Positions 10,001 through 15,733 of a DNA stretch of 64,000 bases are shown piece by piece. The number at the start of each line of letters is the position of its first letter. The stretch's first letter is position 1. A program made the position numbers and the translations under genes. A model generated the notes under the pieces. The model saw nothing but the letters and a program-made list of their open reading frames with translations, ran no database searches and had not been told where the DNA came from. The stretch comes from Candidatus Omnitrophota bacterium (GTDB lineage Bacteria; Omnitrophota; Gorgyraeia; Tantalellales; Tantalellaceae), in contig JADGBR010000004.1 of assembly GCA_015231405.1 (NCBI GenBank), positions 189-64,188 on the forward strand, given 5' to 3'.

Positions 10001-11493
10001 TTGCCGGAGGCGCCGTCGCCGATATTTACGTCCAGCGATATCGTGAATGTTTTAAGATCGTGGCTTGGATCAACGCCGAGGCTTACTCCGTCCATATAGC
10101 CGTCGAATTTGAGAAGCGTTATAGGATCCTCTACCTCGATCCTTTTGATATTCCCGTCACCCGTTCCCGCGGGGTTGTCATCGTAATGTATTATTATGTT
10201 CTTACCTTGGATATCCTCACCGACCATAGCTATAACCACTCCGGCAAGGTCCGGCGTCAGATCTCTGTAATACTCACGCTTCATGATCTTGCCGCTACCT
10301 GAGTAGAAAGCCTCTTTGTAAATCGGTTTACCGTCCGAAAGGCGCGCAATCGTCTTTATCAGGATCTTATCGTTCTCCGGGTCGTTCGGATCCGCGTATA
10401 CTATCGCATGCCGCTCGCTTTCGGGTCCGGGCAATGCCGATAGCGACCACGTCGGACCGGTTATCGTCCCGTCATTTCTTCCGATAGCGTCGTTTATCAC
10501 CGTTCCAGTCCCTTCATCCATTGCCCAATCCGATACTTTCCCTCCCGTAACATCGTTATCGTTACTAACGGCGTTCACTTCACCCGAAGATAGGGCGCGA
10601 TTATAAAGTTTAACGTCTTTAATATCACCCGCGAGCGTCGCGCTATCAACGGCCCGATAACCAAGGAACATCTCCGCGTCGAAATACATGCCGTCAGACA
10701 CCGCGCTCTTCGTTATTATCTCCACGCCGTCGAGATACGCCTTCAGTTCGCCGGCGGTATAAGTAACGGTAATGTTCCGCCAGACGCCTACGGTGTTCAG
10801 GCTGTAATCCGTACCGTTAAATGTCTCGCCTTCTATTCCCCCCGGGATAGTTACACTTAACCTGCCGTTATTTGTTTTCCAGATCTCGAACCTCGTCACC
10901 GCGGAACCGCTTCTTTTAGTGAGGAACGGCACCCACACACCGGACGACCCTTCATCGATCTTCACGTCCATCGATACCGTGAACTCACTCAGCTTATGCG
11001 TTGTATTATTCCCGAGGCTGACTTTGTTGCCGTTCGCCATGAAACCTAGCTCATACTCATCGTCAATGACATCGACCTGGCTCACCCTCCCCTCGCCGTC
11101 CCCGGCGTCTTCGTCAATATAGGTATATATGACGTGCTTACCCTTATATTCTCCTTCGGCGGGCTCATCGAAGACTTCTCTTGTCTTAAGCCTCCCGGAT
11201 CCGTAATGTGTGTCTTTGTCGGGGATAGTTAGCGCCATCATGAGGTTGGTAGTTTCTCCGGAGTCGGCCGCTTCGGCCGACTTGTTATTTCTTATAAGAT
11301 CTTCCGCCGCGTTCCGCGAATCGACCTTCGCCTGGTTAGCTAGACGGGCCGTTATCGACTCTGCGGAAATAATATTCGATCCGTGATCGGGATCCAATTT
11401 ATTAGCGACGCCAAGATCCCCCGCCAGGGCCACCTGTTCTAAAAAATAGATCACCGCGGTTAAAGCTGAAATGGTTTTGAATATGTATTCCAT
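1021..11493 (-). CDS. Giant secreted polymorphic-toxin-like protein (3x LamG, YD/RHS-like repeats, 2x CBM-like, C39-like peptidase, pre-toxin TG, C-terminal RES domain)
   Basis: 3490-aa uninterrupted ORF; GAGGTG RBS; signal-like N-terminus ending VALA; LamG motifs (LYNRALS, WxMDEGxG); C39 motifs C2424/H2533/E2550 and FxxxWTG; GKDIITGETL; RES residues R3375/E3396/S3465. Confidence 0.9.
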   Translation of the reverse strand: MEYIFKTISALTAVIYFLEQVALAGDLGVANKLDPDHGSNIISAESITARLANQAKVDSRNAAEDLIRNNKSAEAADSGETTNLMMALTIPDKDTHYGSGRLKTREVFDEPAEGEYKGKHVIYTYIDEDAGDGEGRVSQVDVIDDEYELGFMANGNKVSLGNNTTHKLSEFTVSMDVKIDEGSSGVWVPFLTKRSGSAVTRFEIWKTNNGRLSVTIPGGIEGETFNGTDYSLNTVGVWRNITVTYTAGELKAYLDGVEIITKSAVSDGMYFDAEMFLGYRAVDSATLAGDIKDVKLYNRALSSGEVNAVSNDNDVTGGKVSDWAMDEGTGTVINDAIGRNDGTITGPTWSLSALPGPESERHAIVYADPNDPENDKILIKTIARLSDGKPIYKEAFYSGSGKIMKREYYRDLTPDLAGVVIAMVGEDIQGKNIIIHYDDNPAGTGDGNIKRIEVEDPITLLKFDGYMDGVSLGVDPSHDLKTFTISLDVNIGDGASGKWVPILTKRGTSVDERFEIWKNGVGQVYISFPGSNGGLDKKEIGYSLAGVNRWYNIALGYDGNTIKVYVDGIEVITQSWDSLGMDFSAEMFLGYRKFDNSSLPGSIRDVRLFDRMITTGEVMAINSGVDITAGLVSAWDMNEGSGWSVTDRVGTNNGSVIGPVWENTDDITEKSVTYEFEYYGETAEGASKLFSKTKKDHPAGDLVYKETYYEDSGNLSRKEFSKNIPDGITAQAEDLAGEPNIGNTIIFHYDDNTAGNGPGRVVKVDEIKRESVLALDGTGDGVTVQSSALHSLGAFTISMDVKFSSGSQGNWVPVFTKRLSNSDRLEIWKSGAGRVYISMPGGEFGDDVSGSVGSLDQLDKWYSLEMRYDGATVTVYVDGSEVISKTYPAGACKGLDFDGDMFFGYRQVGTASLAGAIKNVKLSSGAGASASLVSAWDMDEGTGTGIIDRVNGINGTVIGASWEDTGKISDKSTTFELGYGENGSGDVIITRAEKNYKTGEISGFNEYDSVTGTLTRSLDASGNYREYSRDPNGALISYRDLCKDGHIEVFDPSGKSIYVWDPAVDGIVPPVSEGLVSITNDNGDIIRYKNGDLDSVILKENGSRLSGIVLSGEGKLDRALVSYPDGGIGVVYNGELMELIARDGTIKISRGNDISAEYSPRTGLNLYSLYRDARGELKRTRITGEEWTSIYDASGIPVSFSGPNGEYTEFENGHILRVNRNGVEYRYAYDPAGNRSTLTGVTTDDAVPVSVIYGPGGEITVVTNSAGETINISEGNITVTDSNTLSAIITLDPSDQESRAKFEIDRDDIARIYNENGALIKLITSDDTVVNFGTSGDITSIKDPKDVEYIYSGTKLSEIRDGEGVAYVLDDDNKIISARYPDGRLYTYKYVKDANGTETVVVTDTIAKIERHYRDDNIIYQVNELGLETDYEYTTIGGEQKISVITQKRGDKGMNVFTYTYGAKITLADNTGTVREFDTNNKLTHFYDGKGRAYRYLYNADGSMIAELAEEHHDDGRVVYYKEGAVDYVTCPNGVVLEDIGMIEDNNGLPRLKKFTVVMADGAQRASVIDGDWVNVTANDGTRLFYKSGSLAGIYANYKLVKFMDIAIPGEDDLYRTGEQEKIGERLTGGGNQWRDPDPGSGDNYRGSAETMHINADLLSRDWREAYVDLRYPEPNSFDQGTRDLSGKKASFYIKLDEGTLPPGKSVTAQIFAKSEDSGVWGDLYGTEVTITNDNGWYKVELVVSDDKPLFGIKSANFDPKQVRLIGVRLRDDYDRTFNYNGGISIVDANYGTCPGGSYVSAPFLVPEDSVKPYVGIIWDGSSVGNPNFRMWDNVPARQEPGEVVNKPLVLEDGSWRAQNIEYSQGIKAVTLDNTLDAWALNADMAAGSETNNDGEVYIDLRYDLAGSGYVYEGPLDLLDKELKFRVKAPAGFIGDGIHSSWAQVFVKDENYNYEYGNYVNITREGEWFEVTLKPGYGEIPGGVTSEGFDPTRIVNIGLKFSCGADSGISFKDKIYFRNETNPNVFNSKPAKRLVDMSTLADYAKRNNYNLGFEEALASEVTLAKEHLPNYFKDTSWVMKSVYDKFGRLEYVYKGDNRVEHYDARGLLVEVTDTDWNPVVRYSYDEDQNIVDIDYDGMRRSTRFELEKTKLDIESRKDQALLDLAKAKDSAIYYLNDQKVQIINECDNALNQLYAQLQAINSWNPFWPSDKKKKNSMRNEIEVQIQNVKDSKNEAVRYINDEYMKVPGDISNAHGMIMSEYSTTIAAVRAQEETAERNILEQEVRQIINIYYLKILGRNPGETSANGGTDEMSYWITMAKSAGCANPVLRVAFLDVIDLESELKSLPEYTDKVAFNNSVITDVETVLNSYTDPDAAQAGRAAILTALGLTETEVTAHNNTGWGSKDAAMIIDWLKTNQINLGRCAFETVLKLMENNGAVFATPAERTQAMKNIARDILLIEVFMGSIDTFTEGTLSISLFAMDRYLDNWLRGERREDRGQSAEFKAAKTDIAGLKWLVKDEGRDIIVHLSSNHYVIVTDIAENGDVTYYEPNKNTAGESITLDEKTFLMNWTGYVLADRAPPANPNQAPNSFRELTTNESLLVKGNFLFALPAIFYWLSAISVALSFIDNSICQLVSKILGIVTLVFSAASIIANLPNIIGGFFSGLQTVTQGVGGVFTALGKLVEGGTHAIMTFFGDFGKTLLDGIKMFTYNYAITNAMDTLGVNNDISRITASFMTGGYSGGSDFLTGALTSTIKTGVSLVGRETGLDPFLSDMMSTGAACMGGAFLTGMSGPDGSLSKAYDLLSQEIGSTIVPYAAEEISYYGILRMGETIGLPAELSNLAGIAVRDMLNVGFSDGQDPENMWQAVQDGLVQGVAKIGIDYAIDQLDINPMLANIGFSAISTAINGTLRGMFSGDEDFDIFKFMYESYRSNAIAFFGGNISSDEPAYTIGRIAYMDSVMTFSDVVKERGIVEALNAYATGFFNTTAVNAIASSGKTIGRYFYDKWQAGQKEQVTLKDDTTVDGIRAENTDSILLFDSEGNIIGLKEGETLLFGEIGVDGNGKMALLNGYLDGSYIPGLGITLDINGGVQSGARIIDTITGETLCWVRPNEEGGSLYYDSYRNYLDAEIDDVLNGNTYTAIGPDGNYSYRMSMGSVIDEDDDGLLAFADGESSNLTSSYIDVQAGAEGSCASGKIRVVLSGKDIDGMIDKTDPAVQGIPLWKIGASIAAGFMPVVGELHDGIQVMFGKDIITGETLTPLERAVSGTCLMMPCVGSALVRHGGKSLLTKSDDILDFMKGVHETKVVNYAEKALVHSDELSDASTVAWKLDQLGIANDLPGGVVYDGRIVRGVPKQYKNDIWRVTTYDKFSGVNRYAPFGIGTISAGANSTTTLRELAHLDRDFMETAFGVKNVMVNNMLDLTDPMILTKLGIKNSDLIQENTTITRLIGDFAYYGGYNGIIAPSARFEGVDDIPGLVIHLFEKGAEEIT
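5440..6600 (-). repeat. Two carbohydrate-binding-module-like repeats within the giant protein
   Basis: Two units (about 6600-6130 and 5935-5440) sharing NAD, E.Y.DLRY, AQ.F.K, W..V.L, FDP......IG. Confidence 0.6.
8600..11055 (-). repeat. Three LamG/concanavalin-like jelly-roll repeats within the giant protein
   Basis: Three ~200-aa units (about 11055-10445, 10120-9505, 9180-8600) sharing FT(V/I)S(M/L)DV, WVP..TKR, R(F/L)EIWK, Y(L/V)DG.E, MF.GYR, W.M(D/N)EG.G. Confidence 0.85.
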
Positions 11494-11591
11494 GTCACAC
11501 CTCTCTTATTTGGTTTACCAGTGATCTGTTTTCATTTTTTTTACCTTCCTTACGTTCAGGCATTGCTTTCTATACTTCTAATTTCTAATAC

Positions 11592-11620
11592 ATTATAACA
11601 CTTTAAGTGATACATGTCTT
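11592..11620 (-). promoter_or_regulatory. Sigma70-type promoter of the giant toxin gene
   Basis: Minus strand AAGACA (11620-11615), 17-nt spacer, TATAAT (11597-11592) with extended TGn; about 100 nt upstream of the ATG. Confidence 0.6.
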
Positions 11621-11699
11621 CGGTAAAACTGCCTACTTTTTTATCTCTAATTGTGATTTTTATGCTTAGGAACAGAGGTTTGGCGAGGGGTATTACTCA

Positions 11700-13118
11700 T
11701 TATTTCAGATATTCTTCACGAACATATTCGTTCCACATCGACTCGAACACTGGGAGGGAGAGGTAGAATTCCTCGTCCACTATGTTGGCTATGTGTTCGC
11801 GTCCTTTCATCCTTTCCAGGATCTTCCGAACGGACGACCAGCCCCATCTTTCGGTTATGAAAGCTACGGCGGTATAAGCGCCTTCATAACTTAGGCCAAC
11901 GAGACCAAGGTCCTCCATCTGGGCGAACCCTTTTTCAAGCAGCGCCACGCTGAGCTTGCCGCCCGAATCGGAAAAAGCTTTTACATGCCCCGGAGGGTAG
12001 GGCGCGTACACTTTCTGCTCGAACACGGCCATGGCTTCATTGAACCATGGCGGGCAATTATTGTCGGTCATATAGGAAACAACGGCATGCGTATACTCAT
12101 GCGCGATGACGGCTTTGAACATCGGATCGTTGATATCGGGAATGAATACCATCTTGATGCCGCTACCGTCATAGAAACCCCGGACTATGCCTTTCTGGTC
12201 GAATACTGTCCGGAAATCATCCTCGGTGTAGAACGTTATGGAAGTCCCTTTGGGAAGATAAATGCCGAGATCATTACCCACACGCTTGTATATATCAACA
12301 AGTAAAGAGCTCAAAACATCCTTGTCTATATCGTATTCCTTGAACAGACCAACCTTGAAATAGCCCATCTCGATCTCGTCCATCTTATCTCTCATCGCGA
12401 GTTCTCTAGTGACCTTTTCAAACTCGGATCTTGCGTCGGTATCGTCCGGGGCGGCATGAACGGCCTTCTCCCAATAGAACCTGGCCTTTTCAAGGTCGGA
12501 CTCCTTGTAAAAATGGTACGCCAGCATTTTTATTGTCTCCACCCTCGGCCACAGCGAGTAGGAGATGTTCGCGAAAATGTACACCGTGCGCGGGTCGTTC
12601 TTCGCGTACGCTTCTGCGGCCTTGTTAAACAGGTATATCGACACGTTCTTCCTGGCCTTCTTAGACCGCATAGCTATATCCACGGCTTTTTTCACCCTGT
12701 TCATGGCGAGGACATAATCCTTGTCTTTCGCGAGCCGGGCCGCTTTAGAGATGAGGAGTATCGCGAGGTCGTTCATTACGAGAAGGTCCTTGGGGTCGAG
12801 TGACGACGCTTTCAGAAGGCACTCGATAGCCGCGTCGAGGTCCCCGCTGTCGTTCATTCCCCGGGAGCACTTCACATATTCCTGAAGAAGGACCTTCCTC
12901 ACATTCTCGCCCGACGGCGCCTCCTTAAAAGCTTTAGCTAACACCTGCATGGCGTCTTTGTATTTCTTCGCTTCTATCTGCGCCTCGACCTTGCGGATAT
13001 ACTCGTAGATGCCGATCTCATGCCTGAACCCGTAATGATAGAACGCCCAGCTGAGGATGATGATCACCACCATCGACACGATGAAAATATTTATATTCTC
13101 TTGATATGAATCGCTCAT
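11700..13118 (-). CDS. Membrane-anchored TPR-repeat protein with C-terminal peptidase MA-like zinc metallopeptidase
   Basis: N-terminal TM, several TPR-like helical repeats, HEYTH zinc motif followed by PPWFNEAMA; start moved to ATG 13118 (MSDSYQ), just after the upstream stop at 13124. Confidence 0.85.
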   Translation of the reverse strand: MSDSYQENINIFIVSMVVIIILSWAFYHYGFRHEIGIYEYIRKVEAQIEAKKYKDAMQVLAKAFKEAPSGENVRKVLLQEYVKCSRGMNDSGDLDAAIECLLKASSLDPKDLLVMNDLAILLISKAARLAKDKDYVLAMNRVKKAVDIAMRSKKARKNVSIYLFNKAAEAYAKNDPRTVYIFANISYSLWPRVETIKMLAYHFYKESDLEKARFYWEKAVHAAPDDTDARSEFEKVTRELAMRDKMDEIEMGYFKVGLFKEYDIDKDVLSSLLVDIYKRVGNDLGIYLPKGTSITFYTEDDFRTVFDQKGIVRGFYDGSGIKMVFIPDINDPMFKAVIAHEYTHAVVSYMTDNNCPPWFNEAMAVFEQKVYAPYPPGHVKAFSDSGGKLSVALLEKGFAQMEDLGLVGLSYEGAYTAVAFITERWGWSSVRKILERMKGREHIANIVDEEFYLSLPVFESMWNEYVREEYLK

Positions 13119-13123
13119 CCTAT

Positions 13124-14254
13124 CTACCCCCGCCCCCTGCCTGCCTTGCCGGCAGGCAGGCTCCCTGCACCATGCGCCATGCCTCTTATCTTCCCCTCTA
13201 CCAACTGCCGAACGAACCTGAACTCCGGCCACCATCCCCCACCCACGAACTTCCGCACCTTCGGGAACACGGCGCACTTGAGGCACGGCGAGGCCGGGTC
13301 CGGCTCGATACGCCCCATTAAGACCTGTTTCATACGGACATACTTCTTCCCTTTCACGCACTCGCGAAGCCCGGACTCGAACACATTACCCAGATCCCCC
13401 CACTCGTTCAGACAGCAGCCCAGAAGTTTACCGTCCCAGTTTATCATCGGGGAGAACCAGAGCTGATAACAGGGGAATTTATACATGCTCGAGGTCTTTC
13501 CCTCATACTCCTCGCGGGAGGCATACCCTATCTCTTTCCTGACAAATTCCTTATTTTTAACGGGCGAATATTCCGGGTGGGCGTTCAGCTTAGGCCGGAA
13601 ACTCATGCCAAGGGTTCGGGCCATTTCCCTGGCGAGCGGGATATCATGTTCATTATGCCCATAAACTATGAATTGCCATGTAAGAGCCGGATACTCCGAT
13701 CCGTATTTTTTCTTAAACTCGTTAATTTTCCTGATATTCCCGATGACTTTATCAAAATCGCCGTTCACACGGTATATCTTATACGTGGCCGCGCTTGCCC
13801 CGTCCAAAGAAACATACATCGACCTGAAACGGTACTTGACCAGGGCCTCCAGCATCTCATCCGAAACGGTATTAAGGTTAACCCCGTTCTCTGCCGTAAG
13901 GATCACCCCTTTTTCAAAAGCGTACCGGATGATCTCCAAAAGCTCGGGATTTAGGAATATCTCCCCGTAATTCGACAGCTCTATCCGCTTGAACCCCGGG
14001 AACCTTTCCACAAACCCTTTAAAATCCTTGAACTTCAGGTACCCCTTCCCGATAACCCCCATATCCCCAACCCCTTGAGGACACTCCGGGCACCTGAGCT
14101 GGCAAACAGAAGACGCCTCCAGGCGTACCTTATCCCCCAGCACGCCGTACCTGATATAATTGCTTATAATCGAACTGATCCTCATTATCTTAATATCCCG
14201 GCCTATTCTCCTGGTATATTGTGTAATTTTACCCGCACTTATGGGTGTTGTCAC
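13124..14254 (-). CDS. Radical SAM protein with SPASM/twitch domain
   Basis: CQLRCPEC motif, NYGE.FL, C-terminal C..CC..CxxC; start may be ATG 14185. Confidence 0.85.
   Translation of the reverse strand: MTTPISAGKITQYTRRIGRDIKIMRISSIISNYIRYGVLGDKVRLEASSVCQLRCPECPQGVGDMGVIGKGYLKFKDFKGFVERFPGFKRIELSNYGEIFLNPELLEIIRYAFEKGVILTAENGVNLNTVSDEMLEALVKYRFRSMYVSLDGASAATYKIYRVNGDFDKVIGNIRKINEFKKKYGSEYPALTWQFIVYGHNEHDIPLAREMARTLGMSFRPKLNAHPEYSPVKNKEFVRKEIGYASREEYEGKTSSMYKFPCYQLWFSPMINWDGKLLGCCLNEWGDLGNVFESGLRECVKGKKYVRMKQVLMGRIEPDPASPCLKCAVFPKVRKFVGGGWWPEFRFVRQLVEGKIRGMAHGAGSLPAGKAGRGRG
13136..13183. repeat. CCTGCCTGCC-N5-GGCAGGCAGG palindrome next to GCA(T/G)GGN heptamer repeats
   Basis: Perfect 10-bp inverted repeat 13136-13145/13151-13160; minus-strand heptads GCATGGC GCATGGT GCAGGGA. 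Confidence 0.65.
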
Positions 14255-14356
14255 TCCAAAAACATCTTAATTAAGAAGATATAGCGTACACACCTGTCCT
14301 GTGATAATATAATTTCGATTCGCGTCGAATCTGTCGAACCGACCCGGGAGACAATA

Positions 14357-15733
14357 TTGAAACTTTCCGTACTCATACCCGTCTATAACGAGGTCAACAC
14401 CCTAATACCTCTCGTTGAGAAAGTGCGCCGGACGCCGTATGAGAAAGAGATCATCGTTATAGACGACGGCTCTACCGACGGCTCTACGGGTTTGATACAT
14501 AAGCTCCCCGCTGACATAAAGAAGGTTTTCCTCGAGAAGAATAGGGGTAAAGGCTTCGCTCTCCGCGCCGGCGCCGCCGAGATAACGGGAGACATCGTTA
14601 TCATACAGGACGCGGACCTCGAGTATTACCCGGATGAATACAACCTCATCATCGCCAAGATAATCGAGGGCAAAGCCGACGTGGTTTACGGCACAAGGTT
14701 CATGGGCGCGAGGCGCGTGTTTTATTACCACCATTATATAGGTAATATAGTCCTGAATACCGCGGCCAATATCCTCTATAACGCCATATTGAGCGACCTC
14801 ATGACAGGTTTCAAAGCGTTCCGGTCGGAATCGTTCAAAAGCCTGACCCTACGGGCGGACGGGTTCTCGGTCGAGGCCGAGATAACCGCGCAGGTCTTCA
14901 AAAGGCGTCTCAGGGTATATGAAGTGCCCATTTCGTATAACGGCCGTTCGTATTATGAGGGCAAGAAAGTTTCCTGGAAGGATTTTTTCACGTCCCTTTA
15001 TGAACTCGTTATTAACAGGTTCAGGAGCTTCAATGTCGGAGAGGATACACTCTACCGTATAAGGCTATTGGATAATAACAACAAGTGGATATTCGACAGG
15101 ATAAAGCCGTATTTAGGCGAGCGTATAATGGAAATAGGCTCGGGGATCGGCAACATCTCCCGATTCTGCATAAAAGAGAACCGAACGCTCGTCTTAAGCG
15201 ACCTGAACGACAAATATCTGGAATACCTGAGAGAATTCTTCGGAGGGAATCCAAGCGTAACCGTCGTCAAATATGATGTCACGCGTCCGGGGTTTACGTC
15301 AGGGAACCCCGCCCCGCGCGGTATCGATACCGTAATATGCGTCAATGTGCTGGAACATATAGAGGACGACTCCCGGGCACTCGCTAACATGCGCGATCTC
15401 CTCTCACCCGGTGGCCGGCTGATACTCTTGGTCCCGGCGATGAAGGAATTATTCGGCAGCCTGGATATCAAATTAGGACATTATCGAAGATATGAAAAGG
15501 ATGAACTGACCAACAAACTCGGTTCCGCCGGTTTCGACACGGAAGATATTTTCCCGCAGAATATATTCTCGACGCCCGGCTGGTACATTAACAGTAGATT
15601 ATTGAAAAAGGGCATCCTTTCCCCGCCGCAGTTGGTCATCGCCAATTTCCTTATACCTCTATTCGCCTTTATCGAGGACCGTATCAAAGTGCCTTTTGGA
15701 CTGTCACTTATCGCCGTCGCGAGAAAAAAATAG
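14357..15733 (+). CDS. GT2 (DPM1-like polyprenol-phosphate glycosyltransferase) fused to class I SAM methyltransferase
   Basis: LSVLIPVYNE, DDGSTDG, QDADLEY; C-terminal half has MEIGSGIG and NVLEHIEDD. Confidence 0.88.
   Translation: MKLSVLIPVYNEVNTLIPLVEKVRRTPYEKEIIVIDDGSTDGSTGLIHKLPADIKKVFLEKNRGKGFALRAGAAEITGDIVIIQDADLEYYPDEYNLIIAKIIEGKADVVYGTRFMGARRVFYYHHYIGNIVLNTAANILYNAILSDLMTGFKAFRSESFKSLTLRADGFSVEAEITAQVFKRRLRVYEVPISYNGRSYYEGKKVSWKDFFTSLYELVINRFRSFNVGEDTLYRIRLLDNNNKWIFDRIKPYLGERIMEIGSGIGNISRFCIKENRTLVLSDLNDKYLEYLREFFGGNPSVTVVKYDVTRPGFTSGNPAPRGIDTVICVNVLEHIEDDSRALANMRDLLSPGGRLILLVPAMKELFGSLDIKLGHYRRYEKDELTNKLGSAGFDTEDIFPQNIFSTPGWYINSRLLKKGILSPPQLVIANFLIPLFAFIEDRIKVPFGLSLIAVARKK

Noticed and set aside
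13119-13361. 81-aa N-terminal extension of the 553-aa ORF call
   Set aside because: It overlaps the radical SAM gene and reads through a palindromic repeat; ATG 13118 follows the upstream stop and precedes the TM helix
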